64,000 nt of DNA from contig NC_042998.1 in the NCBI RefSeq assembly GCF_006345805.1, positions 109,802,001-109,866,000 of the forward strand, in the 5' to 3' direction. Source of the DNA: Octopus sinensis. Its lineage: Eukaryota. The position numbers and the translations under genes are program-made. How positions within the stretch are numbered: position 1 is the first letter of the stretch; each line of letters opens with the position of its first letter. The notes below the pieces were generated by a model. It was not told the DNA's origin and did not search any database. It was given only the letters and a program-made list of their open reading frames with translations. Below, one piece after another: positions 12,220 through 25,900 of the stretch.

Positions 12220-12880
12220 ATTGCGTTGGGTCAAATATTTTGAAATATTTTGGTAACTTGTTTATTTGTGAACTTACAACAAAAGCAGCTTAGTATTCAA
12301 AGTAGAGGCCATCATGCTGCATCGACTGAAGCCACTTTTCTGCTAGTTCTTTGAATCTACGCTAATACCACTTGTTGTCCCTCGAGACGAAAAACTCCTT
12401 CACAGAAACTTCCACCTCTTCTTAGTCGATGAAGTGTCGCAAGTGCAGGAAGTGTGTCATGATTTGGAACAAGTAATAATCCGAAGGAGATTATTGTTCC
12501 ATAATCCAAACGTGCATAAGCAGTGCTTAAACAACATGTCGCGAAACATGGGCATTTCGAAAACAAAGTAACGCTCTGCGTCTAGTGCAATTGTGAGGGA
12601 ATAATTCACTTCGAGTTCGTTTTAGACGGTCAAACCATCGATGTCAACCCCTACTTCAAACAGTTGGCACGGCGGCAAAAAGCACCCGGTATTAGTTAAC
12701 AGCAAGACGAGGCATGACGTCATACCGCTTGAACGACCCGGAATAAATATCAGGAACATGAAGGACTCGAACTTATGCCACACTAGCATATTGTCTGGAC
12801 TTAGCTCCTTCGCATTATTACTTGTTCCGATCCATGTTTCACTTTCTACGCTTCCTCAACTAAGAAGAGTTGGAAGCTTC
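12220..12880. mobile_element. Rearranged, degraded mariner (Tc1/mariner) transposon
   Basis: Plus strand 12490-12880 reads ..NPK.., EGIIHFE, HD.., [18 protein letters not shown] (mariner WVPHEL/YSPDLAP-type layout). Minus strand 12489-12290 reads the C-terminus EFFVSRDNKWY*RRFKELAEKWLQSMQHDGLYFEY*. Confidence 0.75.
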
Positions 12881-12881
12881 A

Positions 12882-13010
<129 letters not shown>

Positions 13011-13339
13011 TTTAATTATCTACCTAGCTATACATACGCACACGCCTATATCTAGTTATAGGTACACGCACACATACATACTCTACCAAACGTTCTTACA
13101 TAAGCACACACGTATTCACCCGCATTGCTTGAATAAGACATCAAGCAAAACATTACAACACATGCCAAACGAAATATATGATAAATTTGTTTCTAATTTA
13201 GTCTTTAGTGTGGAAACTCCCTTACAGCCATAAACAAACATGCATATGCATTTGAGTAGACAAGTATATAAGTAAAAAAAATACAGATATTCATACATAC
13301 TTTCACACACGCAAACATACACAGACGCACACATGCCCA

Positions 13340-14690
13340 TGTGGTACTTGATAAGATTTTCTAAATCGATGAAGCTTTGCGTATGGAAAATATCTCAGTC
13401 GAAATCATTAATATAACAGCCCCGTTTCCAGCTACATGTCATTATCTAGAAAATGAGGACAATTCACCCAATTTAAGCTATGACAGTACTGCGATCATCT
13501 GTAAAGAAAGAAGAAAATTAGGACCACAACAGCTACAGAGGGATCTTCCTCTTATCTATTGCCAGAAAGGTTTAAATCAAAGGATGAAAACTCTTGGTCG
13601 ATGTTCAGAATGTCTTTCGGCCATCAAGAAGTGTGGAAACAGTCTTCGCAACAAAAGCTCCAATATAAATACTCGAATACATGATATCCTGTACATAGCT
13701 TCATAAATCTCACAAAGGTCTTCCATACTATCTCATGTCATCTGTTTTAGAAGATGCCCTACGTATTTGGAAGCTTTGCTAAGTACATTACAATACTAAA
13801 ACTTCTCTATGATCAGTAGAAACTAAACATTGCCCATCAACTTTTACACACGAGTTAAAAATGGTTATGTCATCATCCGAATGCTTTTTACAATATTTAT
13901 CATGGCCATCCTTCATATAGCTAAACCTCAATTCCAAGGAATATGAATATGGAACAAAGGACAAATAGGACGCAGTTCTTGTTATCTGGGAAGTCAAATA
14001 TTGACATTCACTAATATTCGATTGCGATATTGAACATATTTTGAAATGAGCAAGATATGCTTTAGTGCGGATTCAAACGCTAGCTATATATATTATCAAA
14101 CTGTGACAGTTGGACGGATATGAAATTACTCAAAAATAAGAAAGTTGCCATCTTCCATCCTCTTCTACAGATCAGAAATTAGGGTAATCTACTGTTAACA
14201 TTCGATCCAATTAGGAAGCTTTTACTAGGATTGCTTTCATATCATTCACAAGATGGTAGGATCACAGAAGCAGCATTAGCGCTCTGGAGCACCTTCAGCA
14301 ACTATCAAGAATAAATTTTCAGGGTGCTCGGAACATAGTATTTTTGGAAAACAAAGAACTCTACGTGCAAATCTTAAACGGCCAACTGAGGAAGAGCAGG
14401 AAGAAAGGAAAGATATCTGAAACGTTTCAAGGATGTCCTGAATGTAACACTCAAATACCACATGAACGTAGAATCTTTCGTAGCTCACAAGACAGTATAT
14501 TGCTTCTTCATTCATGAAAGACATGGAGAGTTTTGAATGACCCTGCAGAAAAAACTGTGAGACAATAAGGGGGAGAGAGAAGAATGCGACGAATCTAAGT
14601 GTGAGAATCTGCGTTGCCTTCCAGCCTTCGCTGTCAATGTGTCGCAAGCATTGGACTGCATCACCTCAGTACGCTAGCCAGTAACTCATG
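13340..14690 (+). mobile_element. Degraded RTE-clade LINE fragment (RT domain to C-terminus)
   Basis: Broken frames give DHNSYRGIFLLSIARKV, FINLTKVFHTIS, NCDSWT, QILNGQL, KRFKDVLNVTLK and a terminal CVASIGLHHL, in the order expected for RTE ORF2 (NYRGISLL, FIDLTKAFD, YGCETW, KRFKD, C..C.SRIGL.SH). Confidence 0.7.
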
Positions 14691-14879
14691 ATACTGAAGA
14701 CCATCATCCTTAATTTTAAGGGATTGTACAGACACAAGCATAAATACGAACACATGAGTAGATACACACACACATAAATGCACATACATTTATATATATG
14801 TACATTCACAGACACATACGTATATGTGTGCGTGAGTGTGTACGTATGTATGTGTTCGTATGTGTGTATGTATGTGTCC

Positions 14880-14943
<64 letters not shown>

Positions 14944-16603
14944 TATATATAACACATTCATCCAAATATAAGGTAACACTACCATAAATCATTGTTAGGA
15001 ATACTTAATTATTTAAGGTGATTTTAAACGAATGGTTAAATGAGAAAAATGCATCGGATTTGAAACTACTTGATTATTCCATACAAAACAGATATGATTA
15101 AACCTTTCAAAATCCAGATCGATATCGTTATCGCTTCTACAGGCAAAATTGTAGCATTTTAATTGCGCTGGTGTCACTGAAAGGGTTATCAGTGATTTAA
15201 TATTTTTGCAGCTGCCGTTAAACTACCCTAGCACAGTACTCGGGTATGATTTATATATTGAGGATGAGGCAAATTGTGTTTGTGTATTACTAACAACTTC
15301 CAGATCAGAGACTTTTGAGTTTTAGTAAAACCTACAAATATTTTAATGGGACCGTTATGTACTCTACACGTCACATCTCAATTTATGGAAAAATGAAGTA
15401 ACACTATTGTAATGATCTCAATAAAACGTCTAATGTAATTTGAAAGAAGTTTGGGGTAATGGCTAATGTTTAAGTGACAAAAACGCAATGGATTAGGAAA
15501 ACAGCAATCATTCCATAGACGGCTAATATCTTCATAATCCGATGCCGTTAAACGTATCGCTTCGGCAAGACAAGATGTATATCTCCCTCTCTTTCCTTTG
15601 CACTCAGCTCTTACTTAAACGCATACACACAAACATACACATAGACATACACACATACCCTCTCTCTTACACATACACACTTTCTCTCTTACACATGCAC
15701 TCTCTCATTCACACATGCATATGAAGTAGACGCTGATACAATAGGCTGTTAATAAAGTTCGGAGACGAATACATGCAGTCACTCACAAGAAAAGAATATT
15801 TTTGAGATGACGTTGGACAAAGGCCTGACATAAATTTACACAACTCAGCTGGTTAATACGACACATTATTAGTGAAAAATATTATTTATGATGGCGAATG
15901 ATACTCTCTAGTTGTATGTAGCCCTAAGTTTGGCGTTTGTAGATTTTGTAGACTTCCAGCAAAGGAAGGAATTAAATAGGGAGACGGTAGATATATGAAA
16001 ATTTAAAGCAAACTCAAAACCGCCATGCAATGGCAATGAAAGAACAATGTAACATATTTATTGCAGAAACATAAAAATTATATGAGAATTGCTATACGAA
16101 TATGAGAATATTTTCCATTTTTACTGTAAACGAACTGATGTGAGAGCATAAAGAGTACTATATAATCGGATTCCATACCGACGTCAACCTCTTTTAGCGG
16201 AATGTCTTTGCGCTTGGCATTTGTTTCGTAAGTAATGGAGATTTTCAGATATTAATCTTTCTTTCGATATTATGTTAGTATACTACAATATGATCATGGC
16301 GTTCCATCAAACAGCGTTTTTGTAATCAGCCCTCAGTACCATAAGTAACTAATCTCCAACCAACCATAAACTGAAGTCTCATTCAGATTTCTTTCTTTCA
16401 TTGCATATACCACCCATAAACATATTTCTCTTAAAATATTGAACAGCCAGTAGATATTAAAATCTGTAATAAACTGATTTGGCCATGTTTGTGTTATTCT
16501 AATCCATTGAGCATACATATATACATATGTACATGTACTCTTACATACACACACATTTATACATGTGCATATTTATATGCACATATATATGTATGCATGT
16601 CTA

Positions 16604-16680
<77 letters not shown>

Positions 16681-16783
16681 AATATATATATCTGCATATA
16701 AATGCATATATACTCATATGTATGTATATACATGTGTGTTTCGCTATGTGTGTTTATGTATGTATGTATATATATATATATGA

Positions 16784-16817
<34 letters not shown>

Positions 16818-19800
16818 TTGTGTGCGTGTCTGTGTGTGTGCACGTGTGTGTACGTTTGTGTGTATGTGTATTAATAACGCATAATTTTCCCAAGAGATAC
16901 ATTTCTACTCGTCGTTCTTATTGCTTATCATAGTAAAGAGACCCCATAAATTTATATTCCAGAACAGTTAAATGACTGGACATAATAGTAGTTTCGGGTC
17001 ATGTGTTAGAACTAACAGTGTTAAGTAAAGAAAATAAAAGATTCCCATACATGTCGTCAACATATTTTTCTCAGCCATATTTGCCACACAGATGAGTCAC
17101 TACAGAACTGAATCACAACAGAAGAACAAATAATACTTGGTTTGATATTTTAGTATGTTTACATTATAAGTGTGAGGTCCGGTAGTGAACTATATGTATT
17201 TCTGTATGTTGGTTTCATGTTTATATCTCACAGCAGTTTTATATTTATAGATATACCAACTTACTAGCCGAACAAAAATACGGTCTTTCTTCTTCAATAG
17301 TGGATCGATAATTTACTCTGATACTGATGTTAAAATTGAAGTTATTCACTTTAATAATTTGTGAATAGGTACCGGGGTAAGGTACAGTTTTGTAAATTGA
17401 AAGACGCGCATCTTAATTGTTGAGTGCTGTAATAGATAGTAATATTAAGATCCAATTACTCCTATTTATTCGGATAAAGCAAAGAGAAACTATTTCAGTA
17501 TATGTATTTTCCATTACATGTTTGCATGAAGAGGTATTTAATGGTACCGCTCAATATGTTCACTTCATTACATTATCTCGTAAATGACTTAATTATTATG
17601 TATACTGTGCAATTATTTGCATCAATGTACATTGTATCTACACAAATATATGTTTCTGTCTTACATATTATGAGAGACAGAAAACAGTTGTGCTAATATT
17701 ACTTCAAGTAAAGCGCTTGCTTGAAGCACCAACATTTCAATGCATTATGTTATTTTACGGATAATGTTTGATTAAAATAAGCAAAACGTTATTTTACTCT
17801 TATATAATTTCAATTAATGAATATGAGAAAAACTGGGTTCCATTAAACATAAGTACTTCTTATAAATCATTTTGCAAAGACAATAGCTATTTCATCTTTT
17901 GTCAGCAAGCAGCTGGTAATATTCACATTTTCATACTTTCTCTTTGAGAATTTTATATGTTTCTTTGTTCTAACATTCATTTTATTAATAATAATTTTAT
18001 AGTTTTCCTTTTTCCTACTTGAATGATTGCGCATATTTCGGTAAACAACTGAGTATTGAAATTTGATAAATTCCAATTGCAACTGCAAGAACACTCCTTC
18101 TCTTGTCAGTCGTCTAGAATCGCCTCAACAAATTTACTTCAATATTTTTTTCCCTTTATTTAGACAAATTTTCTACTAAAATTTCAATAAACAGATAAAT
18201 GTGTTTTTACTCCCATTTGCTTGTATAAGTATTGGGCGACACGACAGGCAAAGGTTGGAAAATTGCACTATTCATCCTTCAAAAGGTTTAATAAGTATTT
18301 CATTTTAAGATCATCTGAAATACAAATTGATTCTTTTCCGGATAAGTGAACCTTTATATTCGTCATATGTATTATCTCGGATGTGATCCTTTTTAGAAGA
18401 ATATTATTGTAATATCACAAGAAAAGATATTAATTCTGGGTTCATATTCATTAACCGTAGAATATTCTGGATTTATAATTAAAATGATTTTGTTTTATTT
18501 TTTATTGTTTTCACAGCATTGTTTATCACAAAAACTGTCCAACATAAGTATCATATCTTTATTCTTATCATTGAGGGATTGAATCGTCAATGGTTTGTCC
18601 ATAAACGCTGAAATATAACTGTTATAGAAGTACTTGCCATGTAACAGTATTGCTGATATATGATGAAAACTTTCTTTCTGCCACCTGAAGATTATTGGAT
18701 AGATCTTATCATAGTGCTAGCGTGGGATACTTTAGGAATCTGGGCAACCAATGATAAATCAGCCCCTAATAGTGTGAGATCTTCAAAAGTCGTCAGCTAC
18801 AAATCTCTCCACCGTATGTCTGAATTTTAAAATTTTTGCTAGAGGTTTCTGAGATTGTACTATATATCTATATATCTCATAATAAGGAGGCAGGTAAAAC
18901 TAAATAGTTACAAATATCAATAAATATAGCTACAAAATAGTCCGTTTAGATTTAAACTGTAGCATTCATTCTCTGATATTGTATTGGACATATTTCAGAA
19001 ATGCAGTACATGACAGAGATGGAAAGAACAGAAAAATAAAGGAAATATTTGCTTCTTTTAGTTTCAATTTCTAGTTAAAATTCTTCATGTAGTATCATTG
19101 TGCAGAATAACATACTCACTTATAACCGCATTCAGAATTGTATCGTCTGTATCATAAAAACGTCAATATTTTATTTCACAAATTCTGAACATTTGAATGT
19201 TTACAGACAAATTTTTTCCCAGTCGAAGCTAGTGCAACAATATTAAAACCAATAAAAGCCTGCAATAACTCTCTTTAGAAATAAAATTATTTCCAAAAGT
19301 AGCTTACAAATCTAAAATAAATAAGTATCATTCTTGATTATATTAATACCTAAAATTTCTTTGTTCAACACCACCACGTGGTTCTTGAGTACATTTTGAA
19401 GATTTTTCTCTTTTGCAGTCATTCGAAGCAGAACCTCAGTTATTTGCAAATTTTTTTTTCTTTTTTTTATAATCAGATATTCCTGCCGAAAATGGTCATA
19501 TTAAACTGATCACTCTGTAAGGGTCCGCAAAAGCCATTAACATTGCTTCTCACTGACTATATTGTTACAATGGATTTCATGTCAACATACAAAAGTCTGC
19601 AGACAGATTAATATGCATATAAATACATAAATTGACAAAATATTTCGTTAGAATATTTTCGTGTATTAAGTGGTTGTATACATAAACAAATTACATTCCT
19701 TGTCAGTTAAAAAGGAGCATAATATTTAACAAGGAATTTAGATGTAGAAAAGCATTGTGGTACTACATTTGGGAGCAATTCAGCTCCAATACTCTAAGTA

Positions 19801-19920
19801 AATAATGTTTCTATTGCTAGGACGAGGCGAGTAATCATTGTGATTTATTTTGTATTCCAAATTAAACACAGCAATGCTTCTGCGTAAAGAAATAAGTTTA
19901 ACGTTTAAAACATAGATATA

Positions 19921-20082
19921 GGCGCAGGAGTAGCTATGTGGTAAGTAGCTTGCTTACGAACCACATGGTTCCGGGTTCAGTCCCACTGTATGGCATCTTA
20001 GGCAAGTGTCTTCTAGTATAGCCTCGGGCCGACCAAAGCCTTGTGAGTGGATTTGGTAGACGGAAACTGAAAGAAGCCCGTC

Positions 20083-20144
<62 letters not shown>

Positions 20145-20145
20145 G
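19921..20145 (+). mobile_element. tRNA-derived SINE (family A), 5' half only, ending in (TA)n
   Basis: ggcgcaggag..tgtggtaagtagcttgc..accacatggttccgggttcagtccc..ggcaagtgtcttct..gaaagaagcccgtcgta; the same head occurs at 21449 and 27837. Confidence 0.85.
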
Positions 20146-20699
20146 GCAATAATTATTATTAAATCTAATAATTTTTTGCTAGTTTATTTGTCTCTTTGTC
20201 TTTTCTCCTGGTGCTGTATGAATTACTTCATATGGTTTTAGAGTCTCTAGCATGGTGTTATCTTTTAGACAACTTTAATTATAATTTAAATGATAATTAT
20301 TACCTTTAAAGCTTTTATTCCCATGCTGGCCACTTGATATGATCGGTATTTTAAATAACGATCTTATCCTTATATATGCGTGTATGTGTGTGTATGTGGT
20401 GTGTGTGTGTGTGTGTGTGTGTGTCATAAAGCTTACAATAATGGCTAATGCGATGCATTAACAATTACAGTTTTTAATAAGAAAAAAACCCTGCATTATA
20501 ATACATTTCTTAAGTACCAAATTGAGTGGCTATGTTTGATATTTTCAAAGACAGAAGTTTCGGTGACTTTCAGATTAAGAAAGTAATTTGAAATTTTATA
20601 TCTAGATAACTTTACGCAAATGCAGACAATTATAATTTTTGCTGTTTGGTAAGTAGTTTCTTCTACACTACTCCTTTGCCGAAATATCCTATGTGCCTT

Positions 20700-21050
20700 C
20701 CAATTTCTCCAGTCTTATCCTACCACCGTCCCTGTTTTCCCCAACACCCCTTCCCCTTTAAATTCGCCTGAAACCTACGTCGACCATTGGTTCGTAACTC
20801 CCTCTCCTCCCCCAATTCTACCTATCCTTCCCTTGCTTCAGACTCTGGTGCTACACCTGGCTGTTCATAATTAAACTCCGCTTCTCTCACTGGAACCAAC
20901 CAACACACTGTTCACATCCGCGACACTTTCTCATGCATGTCATCTGGCATCAAGTATTCTCATAAATGTACCATTTGCGGGTCTTTATATGTTGGACTGT
21001 CTGGCCGCCGTGTAGCCGACAGATTTACTGAACATCTACGAGATATGCAT
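20700..21050 (+). mobile_element. Penelope-like element fragment (GIY-YIG endonuclease)
   Basis: HIRDTFSCMSSGIKYSHKCTICGSLYVGLSGRRVADRFTEHLRD fits the PLE pattern F.C.S..I.Y...C..C...Y.G...R....RF.EH. It is truncated into (CA)n. ORF track 20937..21224. Confidence 0.7.
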
Positions 21051-21448
21051 CCCCAGAAACACACACACACACACACACACACGTTTGCATATAATCATAA
21101 GCACGTTCAGAAAACTCCTCGCACACACCGATATTCACCAGTATGTACATCCATACGTACACACATAAACACATGCTTACACAGTGACACACATGCACTC
21201 ACACACATACACATCAACCTCTAGACGCCACATCCTGCTACTGCTACTCTCTGCTGCTACTAACCTTTTAGATCCAGTCTTAAAAACACACACTCACATA
21301 AAAACACACATGCACACATATACTACCATCCCCACGCAGCACTCCCTAATATACAAACACGATACTCAAACACGCACACGTACACACATGCATGAAAAAA
21401 AAAACTTATATACACTTATACAGGAGTATATACACATATACATATACA

Positions 21449-21611
21449 GGCGCAGGAGTGGCTGTGTGGTAAGTAGCTTGTTTACCAACCACATGGTCCC
21501 GGATTCAGACCTACGGCGTGGCACCTTGGGCAAGTGTGTTCTACTATAGCCTAGGGCCGACCAAAGCCTTGTGGGTGGATTTGGTAAACGGAAACTGAAA
21601 AGAAGCCCGTC

Positions 21612-21658
<47 letters not shown>

Positions 21659-21878
21659 TGTGTGTGTTTGTGTGTCTGTGTTTGTACCTCTAGCATCGCT
21701 TGACAACCGATGCTGGTGTGTTTATGTCCCCGTTACTTAGCGGTTCGGCAAAAGAGCCCGATAGAATAAGTACTGGGCTTACAAAAAGAATAAGTCCCGG
21801 GGTCGAGTTGCTCGATTAAAGGCGGTGCTCCAGCATGGCCGCAGTCAAATGACTGAAACAAGTAAAAGAGTAAAGAGT
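21449..21878 (+). mobile_element. Full-length family A SINE with internal (TA)n
   Basis: Head 21449-21612, (TA)n to about 21655, tail ...gcttgacaaccgatgctggtgtg...ggggtcgagttgctcgattaaagg...gaaacaagtaaaagagt; closely matches 27837-28222. Confidence 0.88.
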
Positions 21879-21921
21879 ATACATTCCACACACACGCACA
21901 TACAGACACATACACACATAT

Positions 21922-22165
21922 GACAGGTTTCTTTCGGTTTCCGTCTACCAAATCCACTGTCAAGACTTTAACCGGTTCGTGGCTATAGTAGAAGAGACTT
22001 GCCAAAGGTGCCACGCAGTGGTTAGTAATACACACGATGGGCTTTCAAATAACAAATTCAGTCACAAGACATTTGTCGATCTGCTGGGGCGTGGGGTGCT
22101 ATAGTAGATGGTACTTGCCCAAGGATTAAACCCGAAGGTTGCAAAGCGAGCTTCTTAGCCAAACA
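21922..22165 (-). mobile_element. Two partial, inverted family A SINE heads
   Basis: tttc.gtttccgtctaccaaatccac...gctatagtagaagagacttgcc.aaggtgccacgcagtgg is the reverse complement of the family A head; a more decayed copy follows at about 22035-22165. Confidence 0.75.
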
Positions 22166-22840
22166 TGAAAGCATGCGCCAATAGGAGAATTATAGAAGAA
22201 CTTTATGAAGAAATACGTTTAAAGATTGTGAGTATAGTAAAAAATGTGATTATATCTAGGAACATCTTTGAGTGTTAAATGTCTGAGTAATTCAACAGAG
22301 TAAAACGTTGTCGGGGACAACGTTTTGAAGCATTACATGCGGCTGGAATAGTTTGCAGAAATATATGTGAAATATGCTCTACTGCAATTTATCGACACTT
22401 CTGTAGCTTCAAATATGTCCTTTATTACATTATTATTTTACTTAAAATAATTCTATTTTTGATGTAGCTAGCTTTGAAAAATAATCCCACACCACTTCTC
22501 CAAATCATAAGCACGAAAATATATGAAGTAGGTTTATATACACAATAATATAGACTTTTATAGTAGAGTATTTTTTTTCAATCAAAATATAAGCTATTGA
22601 AATAATAGATTATTTATATAAAACAAAACAATGAAGCAATGGGGGTTTGTGTTATGATTGAAGTGCACTACACAAAAGCTTGGTGATTCATTTTGTTGAC
22701 ATAGATTAATTAAAAAAAAATTGCATCGGATTAAATATTTTTTTTTACTTCTTAGTAAATTTTGAAGCACAATAATATATATGTATGTGTGAGTGTGTGT
22801 AGTAAACATGTATATATTTATTATGTATATATTATGTATG

Positions 22841-22887
<47 letters not shown>

Positions 22888-22889
22888 TG

Positions 22890-22942
<53 letters not shown>

Positions 22943-25900
22943 GTATATATATATAGTAATATTTATGTGCAAATATTATTTCAGTAAACACAAAGGCACT
23001 GAAAAATAGAAGAAACAATAGCAATCTTACAATATCACAAAATTTTTTTTTGTATAAATCTATTCCCATTATGTTTTATCATCTCTCTATCTCGATCTCA
23101 ACTCTTGTGTCTTTGTTTTACTATATAACTCCTGCTTTCCTTTGTATCACCTTTTAATTCTTCTTTATATTAAATCTCATCATTTCTTCAAGTTTCTTTA
23201 AAGCCAGCTGTTTGAAAACTTCTAAACTATCAGTTTTGTTCTTAGCTACAACTTTTTTTATGTTTCTTCTTCCCTCTCTTTTTAACTGTCTTGATTTTAT
23301 CATTTCATCTTTAATTTTCAGTTTTACTTTAAACTTTAAACCCCATTTTATATAAATAACTGATTATACATACACATTATAAAGAAAGGGAATTCGAAAG
23401 CGAGAGAGATGGGTTGTTAGGAGAGAAAATTAATACGAGAAAAAGAAGTAGAGGAAGGAGGAAAGAAAGAGAGAAACAGACAGGGCATGATGAAGAAACA
23501 AGAAAAGGAGGAGAAATTATAGAAGAAAAGACAAGATAGAAAGTTTGAATAAAAAAAAAAAGATGGGACTTAGCAGGAATAGACATTGATAAATTGTAGA
23601 CGGAGCTTCGAAAGAGGTAAAGCAAACAAAACAAAAAACCAAAAAATAAATAACTAACGAAATAGAAATATATTCTGCTTGATTCCTCATAAAACTCTAT
23701 TATCTTCGCTGTATCGTTCCAATTTTAGTTTGTCGATCATGTGTAAATAATTCATCTATAAATTATGCAGCCGACTTATCATTATTAATTGTTTATTCGA
23801 TTCCGATGTTTACGAATCTTCTTCTCTTTGTGATCATTATTTAAGTTATATTTTAATATATGTTGTGAAGAGACAACCAATAGAATAACATTTACACTGG
23901 AGACCCCTGCCTGTCGCTTCAGCATCAGCTTCTCTTTACTGGCAGTCGGATGTTTAATTATTTGTAAAACATACAGATATATTCCACTACACTGCACTGT
24001 CCTTTTAGCTTAACGTTTCACTATACTGGGTTCAGTATCTACGTGGTCAACTAGCCTGCTAGAAATAACAACCAAATTTCGTTAACAAAATAACAAAAAG
24101 ACACATTGAATAATATTGTCATACATACATCGTCAGAATAAAATACAAGATGGTCAGAACAGCGATACATATGGACGTAGGTCTGTCTAAATAGGGCTGA
24201 CTCAGGATTAAGCAAAACAAGTATCACATAAGTTTAATCTCTAAATGGTTACTCATTCTATGAGAAGACAACAGATATATCTCCATTAAATCACACATTA
24301 CAATCTTTAAAAATGAAGGGCATATTGGCCAATATGTTTATAATGTTTGTAATACACGTCAAAATAGTCACCGCTATAACTGCTGAGCATCTACAATTGT
24401 TAGAAATTTTCCTACGACAATTAAAAAAGCATTTTTATTTGTTAATAAACCTGAATCCAGAGCTATATCTGTTGGTTTCATAATATATATGTAAATATGT
24501 TCAGTAAAGAGATGATATTTAATCTGAGGCGGTGAATTGATAGAGAGGTTAGTTTTAGTAATGAGTAGAATATCTTGCTTTGTGTCCCGGGTCTCTGCGA
24601 CCTGAGCCAAACTCGCGACGAGATCAACCTTACTTTCCATCCTATCAGTGAATATAGTACTAAATATTGGAGTCGATACCTCCCTTTTTCTTGCACTTAT
24701 CCGCTGTTGTTACGCCTGGAGAAGGATGGTGTTCACTACATTACACGATGCATACTGCATGATATGATGGTACCCCTACAAAGCCATCAGTAGTTGAGGG
24801 TTCAAAGGTTGAAAAGACTAATTTAGTTTAACTGAGAAAGAAAATGCTATTCTCAAATCACAGGCTTTCGACAGCGTACAATGAGGATCGGACCTACTAG
24901 TTTCGTTTTTCGTTAAAGGCTAAAAAAGGACTACCTTCAAGCTACCGAAATGAAGATACTTAGAGCTACTTTATAGAAAATCTTAACAAGAATATGAATT
25001 TCACAACTTAGAATATTGGTACAAGGTTGATGTGTTATTAAACTAAAATATAAATACCTATACGGAGTCACATCTGTGTGTTTAATAAGTCTATATATCG
25101 TATTTATTTGTCAGAAGATCTGGACTAGAGGAAAAAATCGAGCAGCCTAGACATATTTAGAAATATATCTCTTGGTACCTATTTCCCACTTTTCTGAACG
25201 AAATGTATTAGTTTCTTTTACCCTTCTCTCTTATGTTATATTATTCTTCCTTTCTTTATCATACAAATTTGATTGACTTGTAAGAACAGATCATTCAGCT
25301 GTATCACAGCCTTCTATAGGCTAGAATATGAATAAGGTAGATAATATTTTGAATGTGGCGTAGATGCTTACATAGTTAAATGTGAAACACAAATATGTTT
25401 GCTTCTTAAAAAATGGGAAATTTGGAAAGTGTGAAGTAGTAGCGTTGTGAAGATGATTTAGGCTGAGCTGATATTCAGCCAGCAAATTAAGAAAAGCAGA
25501 TTAAAATCTAGTTTAGAGGGAAGTGAAAATATAGTATCCGGTAGTGACCTGAATGCTGAAGTGAATGAAGGGTAATCTATCAAATAATCTTTCAAACCTA
25601 AGGTAATTAGATCTTGTCTTGGAAGTACCCAGAATATGTGAATGTAATGAATGAATCAGTTGTTCAGCAGTGCATAAAAGAGCATCAAGGGAATAGTCCA
25701 AGCACCATTTAAAAAAAATACAGTTTTGCTTTCTCAGTCGTTATACATTTAAAGTAATTGCAATCAATAATTCTTGTGAATAATTCTTGCTTTATGAAAT
25801 ACTAAACATATGTTTAAAAAGAGATCGATTCACAGAATTGGTAGCGGCGGCCAAATACCCTTCCGTATTTAGATGCATTCCTTTATGTTTTGAGTTTGCA

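Noticed and set aside
19921-19995. tRNA gene calls at SINE heads (also 9620-9695, 11724-11810, 62360-62431)
   Set aside because: A/B boxes are present but each continues into a SINE body, and no complete cloverleaf is evident.
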